A DNA stretch of 64,000 nt, taken from Eledone cirrhosa (taxonomy: Eukaryota). The notes under the pieces were generated by a model. The model did not search any database. It was not told the origin of the DNA and saw nothing but the letters and a program-made list of their open reading frames with translations. Where the stretch lies: the NCBI GenBank assembly GCA_964016885.1, contig OZ024747.1, positions 73,718,001-73,782,000 of the forward strand, given 5' to 3'. Position numbers and translations under genes: made by a program. Positions within the stretch are counted from its first letter, which is position 1. Each line of letters starts with the position of its first letter. Below, one piece after another: positions 28,535 through 43,122 of this stretch.

Positions 28535-30744
28535 AGTACAGCCATCTGTACCACCATCAGTACAGCCATCTGTACTACCATCAGTACAGCAGTCTGTACC
28601 ACCCATCAGTACAGCCATCTGTACTACCATCAGTACAGCAGTCTGTACCACCCATCAGTACAGCCATCTGTACCACCCATCAGTACAGCAGTCTGTACCA
28701 CCATCAGTACAGCAGTCTGTACCACCATCAGTACAGCCATCTGTACCACCATCAGTACAGCAATCTGTACCACCCATCAGTACAGCCATCTGTACCACCA
28801 TCAGTACAGCCATCTGTACCACCATCAGTACAGCAGTCTGTACCACCCATCAGTACAGTAGTCTGTACCACCCATCAGTACAGCAGTCTGTACCACCCAT
28901 CAGTACAGCAGTCTGTACCACCCATCAGTACAGCAGTCTGTACCACCATCACTACAGCCATCTGTACCACCATCAGTACAGCAGTCTGTACCACCAAGCA
29001 GTACAGCAGTCTGTACCACCCATCAGTACATCAGTCTGTACCACCATCAGTACAGCAGTCTGTACCACCAAGCAGTACAGCAGTCTGTACCACCATCAGT
29101 ACAGCAGTCTGTACCACCCATCAGTACAGCAGTCTGTACCACCATCAGTACAGGAATCTGTACCACCATCAGTACAGTAGTCTGTACCACCCATCAGTAC
29201 AGCAGCCTGTACCACCTATCAGTACATCAGTCTGTACCACCATCAGTACAGCAGTCTGTACCACCATCAGTACAGCAGTCTGTACCACCATCAGTACAGC
29301 AGTCTGTACCACCATCAGTACATCAGTCTGTACCACCATCAGTACAGCAGTCTGTACCACCATCAGTACAGCAGTCTGTACCACCATCAGTACAGCAGTC
29401 TGTACCACCATCAGTACAGCAGTCTGTACCACCCATCAGTACAGCAGTCTGTACCACCCATCAGTACAGCAATCCGTACCACCATCAGTACAGCAGTCTG
29501 TACCACCCATCAGTACAGCAATCTGTACCACCATCAGTACAGCAGTCTGTACCACCCATCAGTACAGCAGTCTGTACCACCAAGCAGTACAGCAATCCGT
29601 ACCACCATCAGTACAGCAGTCTGTACCACCCATCAGTACATCAATCTGTACCACCATCAGTACAGCAGTCTGTACCACCCATCAGTACAGCAGTCTGTAC
29701 CACCCATCGGTACAGCAATCCGTACCACCATCAGTACAGCAGTCTGTACCACCCATCAGTACAGCAGTCTGTACCACCCATCAGTACAGCAGTCTGTACC
29801 ACCCATCGGTACAGCAATCCGTACCACCATCAGTACAGCAGTCTGTACCACCATCAGTACAGCAGTCTGTACCACCCATCAGTACAGCAATCTGTACCAC
29901 CATCAGTACAGCCATCTGTACCACCATCAGTACAGCAGTCTGTACCACCATCAGTACAGCAGTCTGTACCACCATCAGTACAGCAGTCTGTACCACCCAT
30001 CAGTACAGCAGTCTGTACCACCAAGCAGTACATTCATCTGTACCACCCATCAGTACAGCCATCTGTACCAGAATCAGTACAACAGTCTGTACCACCCATC
30101 AGTACAGCAGTCTGTACCACCATCAGTACAGAAATCTGTACCACCATCAGTACAGCAGTCTGTACCACCCATCAGTACATCAGTCTGTACCACCATCAGT
30201 ACAGCAGTCTGTACCACCATCAGTACAGCAGTCTGTACCACCATCAGTACAGCAGTCTGTACCACCATCAGTACAGCAGTCTGTACCACCCATCAGTACA
30301 GCAATCTGTACCACCATTAGTACAGCAGTCTGTACCACCCATCAGTACAGCCATCTGTACCACCATCAGTACAGCAGTCTGTACCACCCATCAGTACAGC
30401 AGTCTGTACCACCCATCAGTACAGCAGTCTGTACCACCCATCAGTACAGCAGTCTGTACCACCCATCAGTACAGCAGTCTGTACCACCCATCGGTACAGC
30501 AATCCGTACCACCATCAGTACAGCAGTCTGTACCACCCATCAGTACAGCAGTCTGTACCACCCATCAGTACAGCAGTCTGTACCACCCATCAGTACAGCA
30601 GTCTGTACCACCCATCGGTACAGCAATCCGTACCACCATCAGTACAGCAGTCTGTACCACCAAGCAGTACAGCAATCTGTACCACCATCTGTACCACCAT
30701 CAGTACAGCAATCTGTACCACCATCAGTACAGCAATCTGTACCA
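28535..30744. repeat. Minisatellite, 24/25-bp unit cagtacagcagtctgtaccac(c)cat, ~90 copies
   Basis: Direct reading; each unit contains the inverted repeat GTACAG-N4-CTGTAC. Confidence 0.97.
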
Positions 30745-32120
30745 GACCTAAGCAGATAATTCTCACGGCACGTAGGAAATGTTAGTTGTCCAGAACAATG
30801 CCTCATATTTGGAGGTAAAACGGTAAAAATTATCGACAACAAGTCAAAGACTTCTCTATATTCTCTATACGTAATGGTAAATATTACAACTATTCTGAAA
30901 TTGATGACAATATTGCATATATTTGTACTGAGTTTATTGGCAGTGTGCCCAGGTAGTAGCTTAGCAGACAGATCTAGAGGTCAGTTGCTAAGCTGATATG
31001 AATATATCGTTCAGGTTTAACAATGAAAAAGCATATTTGGTGAATTAATAGTTACTCATTAGTACCTATTATCATAGGTACACTAAGCTATACAACTAGA
31101 TTTGAATTAAGCTCGGAAATGCTGGGCATTTCTTAGAAAGAAAAAATCTTCTTCCAAATTGAATCGATTAGCCATGCACTGAAAATATGTATTGATATAA
31201 AGATATGTGCATATCTACATGCAAGCATATGACCCCCGCCCCCTATATATATAATGTGTTATAGGTCGTATGCATGCACAGACTCACACATCACTGTCAA
31301 ATACGCATGTAGGAAAGACACATATACACTTATAACATGGTAACATGAGTGCCAGTCTATACACCTTTATACATGCAATCACTATCTAACTAACACATTT
31401 ACACATACCTGGCAATGATTTGACTGGACCAAAAGGAATTGAAATTCTGTTAGTGACAGTTTAAAACTCTGAAAATTACTTAAATAAATCTCAAAGAAAA
31501 TCTTACATAGATATATGATGGCTAAATTCCACTTTTTAGAATTGCCGCCACTTGAACTTTTCTTATACATGGGTGGAACACACGTGACTTTTTATACCTG
31601 CCTAGGATCTGCAGTTCTTTCTACATATGGCGCTGCGAATAAAAAAAAGAACTAATTTCGGCTACACAAAAAGCAATATTCATGCAAAACACGTGAAAGA
31701 TTTTGATCAAGTGATGCCTGTGCTTGAAGCTTTTTTTATATGAAGAGAGAGCTTGCACACACAAATATATACACATAAATATATACATACGTACGTGCAT
31801 TCATACCTACATACACATACATACATGCATGCTTAGAATAACCTAGTTTATGTTGTCTAAATTCAAATGAAAGAACATCGATTTTGTTTAAAGAAACGAA
31901 TCCTCTAAGGAGGAGAAATTTGAAGAAAATAGCTGGAGGATCATACATATATAATGACATTTAATGTCATCTAACATCTAGCGACAGGTCATTGTCTCTT
32001 GTATAGAAACACTGTCAACCTATCAGCATGATTCAGATAATCAAAAATAGATGATGTCTTCCACACATACACACAACGTCCCCACCTAAGATGTATATAT
32101 TTACACACACATATACACAC

Positions 32121-32222
<102 letters not shown>

Positions 32223-32592
32223 CACACACAGACACAGACACACACACACACACACACTCGTCAGTATTTGGAGCGAAAAGAACAATTTCTTACAATGAGA
32301 AAAAACATACTGCATGCGTACATACATACGTACATACATACATACATTCATACATACATATAAACATGTATATGTATGCATATTATTAGAGAAGCGATAG
32401 CATCTGAAATTACTTGTGGAAATGAAGTAGTAAATTCGAGAATGGTCCTTGACATACCATCGATTCATTATGACCACTCTACATGCATTGAGTACTAATA
32501 TGATCTGTTGTCTCCCCGGTTTTCACATACACACATGCATATATATATTCACACAGAGAACTGATCACGTGCATATATATCACACATATATA

Positions 32593-32680
32593 TACGAAGG
32601 TAGGCTGGAACGTTGAGAGGTTGATCAAGATACTCTCATGGAATGACCAAATGAGGTTTATTTTTCAACATATTTCCTGG
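32593..32680 (+). mobile_element. Possible mariner-type terminal fragment
   Basis: TA-tacgaagg... start and tttatttttcaacata motif resemble mariner TIR regions. Confidence 0.4.
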
Positions 32681-32706
32681 AAAGAAACAATGCAATTATT
32701 AATAAT

Positions 32707-32873
32707 TGTTTCTACTTTTGGCACAAGGCAATTACCAGCAATTACCCAGTGCATTACTGGTACTTTATTTTATCGATCCCGTAAGGATGAAAGGCAAAGA
32801 TAACCTTGGCGGGATTTGAACTCAGATCATGCTTCAAAGCATGGCATCCGATCCTCTACCGATACTGCCAATC
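32707..32873 (-). mobile_element. Nin-domain SINE with internal deletion and 19-bp TSD
   Basis: TSD caatgcaattattaataat at 32688-32706 and 32874-32892. Confidence 0.9.
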
Positions 32874-33468
32874 CAATGCAATTATTAATAATAAGAGTTG
32901 AAATTAATGCATGTAATGCATTTCAGAGCTCTATTATGAATCCGTCATATTCAGCCTATGAAGATTTCAGCCCACCCACCTATATTCTAACATATAGATC
33001 GACATAATTCAAGATATACATTCATATACATATATCATACGTAATTATGCATATTTGTATAAGACAAACATAACTGTGTAACATAGGTAGTAATATATAT
33101 ATATATGCTCCAATCACACAGAATATGATAACCTATACATTCAGCATCTTTTGTTTCTATGTCTGATCCGATCCATCATGATTACCCCCGTTACTCTCAC
33201 CCACATACGTATGCTTTAATATTCTTATGACAATCTCACACATCGCTACGCTGTCTACCGTTTATCACCGACACATATTTCTCGAGCTCTTTTAATGATT
33301 TATACATACTTTTTATCATATCGATACATTTTCGGTCCACACTTTGTCACTCTGAATTTGTCAGAATATAATACATTACCATCTCACAAATCCATAGCAC
33401 CTCAAATTAATACACTAATGTATCAGATAACTGTACACCCACAGCGACACAGCGACACTCCCACACAC

Positions 33469-33527
<59 letters not shown>

Positions 33528-33713
33528 TGGCCTGAGAGATAAGTAACTATAGCAGATACACCCTCGCTAAGACCTATTCTACAGCCGACTATGAAACCTT
33601 AGGTAGCATACGACAGTACTGAGAATTGATTTGCACTAATGCACTTTAGGTATTTACCTGTAAATAGTGCACCCTTTATTCCTTATCTAATATACGGAAT
33701 CTCTTGACGCGAG

Positions 33714-33785
<72 letters not shown>

Positions 33786-34394
33786 GCACGCACGCACGCA
33801 CACGCACACATATATATATATATATGCATATACCCTAGTTGTTGGGTAAATATCATCAAATACGTCAAAATATTTACTTTTCCCTATAGAAATGACATGG
33901 AATATGTTTTACTTATGAATCTAAAATTGGTAAATTATCGTGCAGCTATCATAGTTTCACGATTTCAACCTTCAAGCCTTGTTTAACAACTGGAAATCAT
34001 GCAAAATATGTTGAGGTAAACTTCTGTGACCTTTAACTTGTCCTTACAAATCATGAAGTATTTCATTTTAAATCTTTGTAGTGTATTGTTAAAGTAGCCA
34101 GAAAAGAATAACAACATATTGTTCTCAATGGCGAAAATAATTATGTATTGCTAAGTTAGGTTAACCTTGATGTGTTATGCAAATATGGAAGGGAAATATA
34201 AAATATGGGAAAGAGAAGTTAATAGAGGAAGGAACAAAGGAACAGGGAGTGGTATTAGATATCTCTTTATATCTATAGTTCTAGTTGAGTGACGCTATTG
34301 ATTCCCATGCATATCAAGGTGACTATGATTAGTCTGGGGTTATAGATGAAAGAAAGTGCGAGAATGGAAGTGAGAATGAGAGATATAGAGGAAA

Positions 34395-34555
34395 AATCGA
34401 TCCCAGTACCGGACTGGTATATATTTTATTGACTTTGAATAAATGAATGGCAAAGTTGACTTTGGAGGGATTTGAACTCAGAGAACGGGGAGTCGGATCG
34501 AATACCATAAATCAATCTATCCGACGTTCTAACAACTCTGCCAATACTCTGCATT
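34395..34555 (-). mobile_element. Nin-domain SINE, diverged
   Basis: cccagtac..ctggta, ggcaaagttgac, gggatttgaactcag, ctctgccaa. Confidence 0.7.
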
Positions 34556-34779
34556 AATATAGTGATTCTTATGCACACTTATACTTCTTCCAAGATATCC
34601 TTTACGTTGTCGTGAATTGAGGATGAAGTGGAATAGATTCGTTGAAACGGATATTCCAAAAACGATGTTGCAATTGAGCTTTATCATTTGAAATAGCTAT
34701 ATAACATGCAGAAGTAATGTAGTTTGTTTATCCATATATGGAACAGAATCCGACCAATTATATTATATTATATCTTATA

Positions 34780-34964
34780 GGGCGGTGGATTAGCAGTATC
34801 GGTAGAGAATCGGACGCCATGCTTTCCAGCATAGTTACGTCCCTTTACCGACTGAGTTCAAATCCCGCCGAGGTTCAATTTGTCTTTCATCCTTTCGAGG
34901 TCGATAAAATAAAGGACCAGCAATGTACTGGGTAATTGCTGGCCTTGTGCCAAAAGTAGAAACA
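34780..34964 (+). mobile_element. Full-length Nin-domain SINE with 13-bp TSD
   Basis: TSD attatatcttata at 34767-34779 and 34965-34977. Confidence 0.93.
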
Positions 34965-35537
34965 ATTATATCTTATATATATTAGAAAGTGAGGTTTTTT
35001 TTACAAAATGAAAAATAACCGAGGTGTCCTACACGAGTGAAAGAATAAAGAAAAAAAGATGAAATCGAAAATGCAACTGGAGTCTTATCTTAAAAAATAT
35101 ATATATATTTATTTGGTTCCTTTACCGGTTTCACAGTTCTTCTGATTTTCAAAAGTAGAGTTGAGATGGAGGGTCTAAGATTTTGACGATTTTATTAGAT
35201 CATTGTAAATAATCCGTTAAGATGGTCCAATTAAAACACAGTAGCCATAGCAACGTATTATCATACATACATAATATAAATGCAAAGAGAATATTAGAGA
35301 AAGTGTATGAGAGAAAGCGAGAGACAGACAGAGAGGGGGAGTGAGAGAGATATGATGGAGTTAGTGAGAGTAATGTCGAAGAAGGAAGAGAGAGAAATTA
35401 CTATATTTGTAGATTGATAGTATCTGGATATAAGTAGAGAGATATACATATGCATCTTTACACATTTAGTCATGTATCTATATGTTAAACCTTCATGTGT
35501 GTATACAGTCATGAAAGCCTGATAGACAAACACCAAC

Positions 35538-35595
<58 letters not shown>

Positions 35596-35848
35596 TGTGT
35601 TTGTGTCTGTATTATTCAAATGAAGAAAGTTGGTTGATAAAAAATGTGCCGACATATTCTTAAATAGATGTGAAGCACTCCACATTTTTTGTTCCTCAGT
35701 ATTTTGTCCGTATGGTAACGTCCGGAGTTTTAGTATAATAAATAAGAGAGACAGTTTGATAGGTACATCTTTATTTTATTTCTATATAATAAAACCGTCT
35801 CCTATTTATTATATATATTTGTATATATACAGATATATATATTTATCG

Positions 35849-35880
<32 letters not shown>

Positions 35881-35882
<2 letters not shown>

Positions 35883-36030
35883 CGAAGGAAGTGTGGTAAG
35901 GAACCAGGTGACCATAACGCACCAGAGTAATCAATACTTAGGGTAGTAGAGTGGTAATAGGAAAAGAGTCAGACTCCGATGGCTGATCCCCGGCTGTTTC
36001 GACAGCTAGGTCTGAACGAGGTCTGAATTA
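35881..36030 (-). mobile_element. Family-F element
   Basis: Reverse complement of the 8850-8983 family sequence; (TA)n flanks. Confidence 0.85.
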
Positions 36031-36102
36031 TATATATATATATAATTTTGAGTATGTGTTGGTTGTTTAACCCCCCCTCCACACACACACACACACACAT
36101 AC

Positions 36103-36141
<39 letters not shown>

Positions 36142-37734
36142 TGTGTGTGTGTGTGTGTGTGTCTACATGTTTGTATGCTAATATGTCAGTTCGTTCGGAA
36201 GAATTATAATCAATTATCTTGAAAATGCTAATCTATAACTGATTGTAATGGCGGAAGGAAATGAAATGAAATTTATTCAGACTGATTGGCTATGAAGATC
36301 TTCAGCTTCTTTAATCAATTGATGCTCTTCCAGCTAATGATAGATCAATGACCGTTTACACTGATAGTCATCAATCACAAGACCTATCTTTTTCAAAATT
36401 GATATTCAACAAATAGTTGTTGACCTTGCTTATGTAAGTGCACATGTTTCTACGACCGGTGGTGATGCTGGTGCTACTGCTGCTGCTGTGTGTGTGGCTG
36501 CTGCCGGTGCTGCTGTTACAGCTGCTATTGCCATCGCCATTGATAAGTATAGTTTTATGGTCTGTAGTGTATATTAAAGATTATTGTCTAATATAATTTC
36601 TTACTCTCGTGTCTCGAACAATGCCCCAACTCCCCCGCTTACTTATTTTCCAGCATCCCCCCCTCCCACTCTTATTCCACTCACCACCGATCCTATTCCA
36701 CCCCATCCCCTCTCTTATTCCACCCCATCCTCGCTTATTAAATTTCGCTAATCTATCTCTGGCGAAATTGTATTTTAAATGGTAGCATTCTTGCGGTAAT
36801 TAATTATCTTGAGACATTACAAAAACATTATACGTGGCAAAAAAGTACATTTCTAACCCTAACCCATAGATCATAATATAAATAGGATGGGTTGGGGCTT
36901 CAATATGTAAATTAAACGGCTAATTAGTTTTTTTTTTTATCTACTGAGACAACCTAGAAAAAATAGGGATTTTCCACCTCACTCCTATTACTTGGTGACA
37001 GAGAGTATATATTATATTGCTGTTGAGTGTCATTTTAGTTCTGATTAAACCGCCATTAGGTGGTAAGTGTTGACATGATGGTTCTTAATGTTCTGTATCG
37101 CCCTCACTTCTCATGGCGAGTGTTCTCGTTGTTCGGACATTAGAAGAATCTGCTTCAGAAATAAGCGTGAAATGTTTCAACATCCGAAAACAAGATGACA
37201 CCTATCGCTGTTTATTTTTCTTTAATTCAACCTAACGGAAGTTATAACTGATGAAATGATGCTCATAAATGGTTGAGTATTGCGCAGTTAAGATGACACG
37301 TGATGCTGATTATTTTGTTTAACTCAACATGAAGTTATAACTGATATGGTGAGGTGAGACTCATTCGAGTTCAAAATAATTGAGATTTTAACTAAATATA
37401 ACTAAGCATCTGTCCCCAGTAGACACAGTTGACCCGCCTTCATCACAAGGATGAAGCTGTTGGCCTTTAAAAGGTTGCCACCAAGGTGACAAACGAATCC
37501 CATATAAGCCTGTTTATAATATGAGTGATTTTTCACCTCAACAGTGAAACTAGAGTAATAGGCTGTCTCCCTTTGTGTTTCACATTATTGGGAGGAAATT
37601 GGCTCTCTTGTGATCGTGCTTTCTTTAGCGGGTGTTATAATTCATCCTGTAGTTTCAAAACCATTACACTGCTCACATAGTAAGCATGTTGGGCGTAGCC
37701 ACTTTAATATAAATAAATATATATATATATATAT

Positions 37735-37918
37735 AGGAACGAGTATGACCCGACGGCTGAGCTCAAGCCGTTTCGACGGCTAGTCCAGAATTAGCCGTCG
37801 AAACGGCTTGAGCTCAGCCGTCGGGGTCCTACTCGTTCCTATTACCCACTCTACTACCCTAAGTATTGAGTACTTTGGTGCGTTATGGTCCCCCTGGTTC
37901 CTTACCACATTTCCTTCG

Positions 37919-37920
<2 letters not shown>
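37735..37920 (+). mobile_element. Family-F fold-back element
   Basis: Near-identical to 8798-8983; apex loop gtccagaat. Confidence 0.9.
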
Positions 37921-37964
<44 letters not shown>

Positions 37965-38759
37965 ACGGCAGTTTTTCAATGTTCACAGCTAAAGAGCTTT
38001 CAAAATATTTATTCATAAACATACACTATATCATTAGATATACAAAATTTACATACTTATATGCATACAGCTATGCCGGACCGAAAACTTTAATATATAT
38101 ATTACTATAACGATATTTATACAGGCATTATACGCACGAGTCACGTATGGGCCATCTACAGAGCTATTTATACTACTAGAAATAGAACCCTAATCTGTCA
38201 TGAAATATGCCACTGCTACTTTAAGAAGGGCGCATTTTATTTTCTAATTCTGGATATATGATGTCTGAAAAGTATAAATGGAGACAATGATCATACTTCC
38301 TCATATGTATTAAGGGTCAGGTCTGAAATATAGATAAACGACATTAAACGTCTTGTTATGAACATCGTAGTTTCGTTCTGTGAGATTTGGACTCAGGTTT
38401 GGAAGCGACAAACCTTATTCAAGACTCTAATATTTAAGCGATTTCGTCAACATGGCAACATCTATACTGCGTCAATGGACATTGATCTTTAATAGCCTGA
38501 AACAAGTCTACTCGTAGTATTTACTTTCTACTAAATTAGTAGACTTTTATGTTCAATCCTGCGTTTTGTTACACCCAGATCTTAAGTCTACACTGGTTGG
38601 TCAGGACATTAAACCGGATACAAAGCATTCAACAATGATGTCGACTGGCCTCCTACGCAGGAAGTTTTCAACTTCTCTGCTTCTTCTTATACCTCGTCCT
38701 CCCCTCTTTCTCTCTAATCATACTCTACGCACTATATCTTCGTATGAATGATTTAGCAG

Positions 38760-38822
<63 letters not shown>

Positions 38823-39696
38823 TTGTTTCTAAATGCCGCGAAAATAATTTTCTCTCTTCTTTTATATTTATATCTGTCGTTAAGGAGGTATATTTTAATC
38901 CCCAATCAACTAATTCCCTGTTGTTTGTGTTATTTCTATGTTATTGTCTGTTCATTTAAACGATTGCTAAAACTGAAATCAATATATCTGCACTGGGTGA
39001 CCCCGCCCCCATCAACATCTTCGACCACACCAACGCCCAATCAAAACATAACGCTATCGATTGAGATATAGTTGTTTTCATAATGTATTTCTTTTCTCTT
39101 TCTAATCACAATATATGCCATTAACTGAAGTGCTGCATGTAATCACACATGTTCACCATCATTGATATAATGAAAGGGTTTAGCTTTCAACAAGCAGAAC
39201 CGGTCCGTGAAGTGACCAGCATGGCTGGAAGAAATATCTTCTTTTTTAATCAGGCTTAAAAACCTTTGGGTAAAATAAACCTAACAGACTGAAGGTCACA
39301 ATGCAAAATATATGAGACCCAGGTTCAAATATCATGGGTTCCGATAACTATGGTTAGTCTCCTAACAATCGGTTCCGTTAGTACAACAGAAATCTTCGGG
39401 AAATATAAAAATCATCTTATGTTTACCCAAGAGAAACTTAGACTGGAATCTATGGCTTCTGTTCCCGGCCTATTGATGAAATATTGTTGGTGGAAAATAA
39501 ACGAATCTGTTGCAAATTGATAAAACATTTATTAAACTCGCAGTGGTTCTCCGGCTCTCTGTTATGCGACAATGTTTTGCATTCCTTGTAGTAATTTAAT
39601 ATAAATGTACATAATAACACGTCTAGTGAACTGAGGGTTTTGACACTTAGACAATTTTCTACCATGTTTTTACTACAATATATAGACACGCATGTA

Positions 39697-39744
<48 letters not shown>

Positions 39745-40043
39745 CATTTGTTCTACGTTTTATAAATAGAGCCCTCTTTTTCCTCTTGTTGAATCTCTCG
39801 TTACACACACACACGCACCCATATTTGTGTGCGTTTGTGTGTGTTTTATATATTTATACATATACGTTGCTCTGAGGAACACCAACAGTGTGAAACAGAA
39901 TCTGTCAGCTTCTCTCCCTTCCTTTGCCGAAAAAAGAAGTAGTGACATAGTCACTACTTTAAAATGATAGCGGAAGGTCTTCAATTAAACATACGGTATA
40001 TTGCCAAATATTCTATACATACATTCATATATATATATATTGG

Positions 40044-40329
40044 TAAACGGAATAGAGAATGCTGACAAATTTTCCACAGTTGAAAAAGGGTTTAATTAGG
40101 AATAAAAGAGTATTAGTGATTGTATGGGTTAGTATTCAGTTGTGGTTTTAAGTTTTTAAGTTTTTACCGGTTGCGCATTTCTAAATGCTTTTCAAAAATA
40201 ATTTTGAGATAGAGTGTCCGTGTTGTTTGCTCTTCTATTCCTAATTAAACCATTTTTCAACTGTGAACAATTTGTCAGCATTCTCTATTCCGTTTATATA
40301 ATAACTTGTGTGTTACACCTCTATTCTTT

Positions 40330-40333
<4 letters not shown>
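40044..40333. mobile_element. TA-inserted element with ~65-bp inverted repeats
   Basis: 40044-40110 is an inverted copy of ~40229-40297. Confidence 0.7.
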
Positions 40334-40410
<77 letters not shown>

Positions 40411-40413
<3 letters not shown>

Positions 40414-40727
40414 AAAAGGGATGTTTAATTTGTTGGTAATTCAACAAATATATTTATAACAGATTCGAATCACTCGACAAGTTTTCTGGAGTATAATATG
40501 AATGATATTAATAAATGGAAACTATATTTATAAAACCATATTTATTCTATTATATATATCCAGGTGAAACTTTAACCGTTAAGGTCTCATTCCTGGATAT
40601 GTTAATATTTATAAAACAAATTTTGTATTTTATCTGATGAGTGCGTACCAAAGTGTTGGTATCCTTGAAATATATATAATAGAATAAATATGGTTTTATA
40701 AATATAGTTTCATTTAATAATATCATT
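40411..40727. mobile_element. Family-A fold-back fragment with hammerhead at 40626-40686 (+)
   Basis: tattttat-CTGATGA-gtgcGTACCAA..TTGGTATcctt-GAAA-TATATA-TA-atagaata; stem I covaries relative to other A copies. Confidence 0.8.
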
Positions 40728-40741
40728 GATATATATATATA

Positions 40742-40849
40742 TAGTAATAATAAATTTGAAGACTAAAATCCAAAGAGGGCTCGATAAGGGTGAAAGCGGC
40801 GATTCTTTGCTTAAACTTTAATTTGTTATTTTAATAAATATATATATAT

Positions 40850-40924
<75 letters not shown>

Positions 40925-41129
40925 ATAATAATAAAATTGAAGACTAAAATCCAAAGAGGGCTCGATAAGGAAAATATATATCAAATATATAAGAACCGTA
41001 GAGCAAATATTTATTAAAATAAAAGATTAAAGTTTAAGCAAATAATCGCTGCTTTCACCCTTAACGGGATCTTATCCCGTTAAGGGTGAAATCAGCGATT
41101 CTTTGCTTAAACTTTAGTCTGTTATTTTA

Positions 41130-41136
<7 letters not shown>
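40742..41136. mobile_element. Two family-G TA-inserted fragments, second with fold-back apex ~41072
   Basis: ttcacccttaacgggat/atcccgttaagggtgaa palindrome; homologue at 56198-56348. Confidence 0.8.
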
Positions 41137-41171
<35 letters not shown>

Positions 41172-41390
41172 TTTCTATGTTGTATCTTGAAGAATCTATA
41201 ACTTAACTTGATCGTTTGAGATATATCGATTCATTTGGATTTCTCTACCCTCTTTCTGCTTTTGACTTATATAATATGTAATCCGCTTTGTGTAATTGTT
41301 CTATAATAGAACATATTTTTCCGCATGAATTAGCGGGAAAATATCCATTTCAATTCGTAGAAATGTTTCAATCTTAATATAATATGAAAT

Positions 41391-41475
41391 TTCATCCTTA
41401 CAGGGTCGATAAAATAAAGTACCAGTAATGCACTATGTAATTGCTGGCCTTGTGCCTAAAGTAGAAACAATTATT
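41391..41475 (+). mobile_element. 5'-truncated Nin-domain SINE
   Basis: ttcatccttacagggtcgataaaataaagtaccag..gtagaaacaatt. Confidence 0.85.
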
Positions 41476-43014
41476 TTACAATTATTTTATCTAAAGACCA
41501 AATATTAATATTTTTGAGAACTGCTTTAATATACTTTAATTCAAATTTACATTCACCCGCTGATACAGAATTTCTACATTATGTTTTTTGCGAGACTAGG
41601 CGCGACAAGGTATATGTCTCCCCGCGATTCGTATTTCTTACGAAATGAGTGTCGAGGTAATTGCCAATGTGTATTGGGAGGATAAGTATATGTAATACAA
41701 TAGATACTTTTATTCATTAGACTATTTTACCATGTAAATTTCTTTATGAGAATGTTAGTTTGTATATGATTACATATTATATTCTCGTAAATCTTCGAGA
41801 AGTGACAACTCGGTACTATGCTGATATTTACAAACTTTATATCAATACATCTTTGTTTAGACTATTTTTATTTCAACTGCTATTTTATTTGCATTATTCT
41901 CTATTGATTCTATTAAATATTCACAATTCATATCTCCTACATCTTTTACTTTCTAAACCGAATTTCACATTTTTTTAAACGGACACAAGAGATAAGACTG
42001 AAGAAATAGTAACAATGATCTTCATAAATAAATAAATATATGTTACGATTATTTAAGAGTCAACTTAGTATAACTCTGCATATTACTGGGAGCTTATCTG
42101 CTCCAGAAAGAGTAAATAATATTTAAAGTTAAGAGAATATCGGATTATAAGCTGGTTTTACTGACAATTTCAAGATATCAGTTATTTTTCTCTCATCGTT
42201 TCAATTCTCACTTTCAGCTCCTCAAGACAATGGTTTACTAAATGGAAACATTTTTGAAACTGGATTAACGAAAGAAAGTAAATATTTTCATTTCAAAATA
42301 GAATGTGGAGCTCAAAAGAAAACGTACATATCGTAAACTTCTCATAGAAGTGATACAGAATTTAAAATATTTTCATCATAGACTATAAGATCATTTTGGA
42401 TATCTCTATAGATAATCCTACAGAGTGTTACTCTGCTTCGTAGAATTGAGACATATCTGAGGATCTTGCAATTTCAGAGCCAGGATTGATCATTGCATCG
42501 ATCGTGCCTCGATCTAGTCGCCAGAGAAACGATTGTAATATGTCGCACCACTGATTCTCCGTTTCTTATGTTATATTATACTCTGCTCTGTAAGAGCATC
42601 GAGTGCTCAAACGGCACACCGCTTACGGACGCTTTAAACATCCCACACCAATTATATATATATATATAGATATATACTGTAGTAAATGTTTGGCAGAAAC
42701 GTCCAAGGGTAACAGCACTTATTCCATAGGACGAGTTTAGTATATATAGTTACAACAGTGACATAAACTCTTACTTAAGTTTCGTTAGATTCTGGGGATA
42801 TTTCAAGACAAGACATCAGGAAATCATATTGTCCCCCGGGAGAAGTTTTCTTCTGCGGGCTGGACTATTTGCTCTCAGTAGTGGTGGCCCAACATTGGCG
42901 AACTAATCGAAGAACTTGAAACAATCCAACGAAGCTACACGGTTAGGATTATTATATATATATATATAAACATATATATATATATGAATATATGCATATA
43001 TCTGTTTATATGTA

Positions 43015-43122
<108 letters not shown>

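Noticed and set aside
28300-30759. 819-aa ORF or CRISPR-like palindromic repeat array
   Set aside because: The ORF results from a stop-free tandem unit with frame-shifting 24/25-bp variants; there are no unique spacers and no cas genes, and the context is eukaryotic
33526-33610. GAAA-CCTTAGG-TA hammerhead-like 3' half
   Set aside because: No valid CUGANGA or stem I upstream and no second copy in the window
36854-36866. Telomere-like taaccctaaccc
   Set aside because: Only two units, not enough to call interstitial telomere or Helentron
37249-37262. ctgatgaaa; also CUGANGA matches near 21506, 22971, 55476 and 57056
   Set aside because: No stem II, GAAA and stem III geometry
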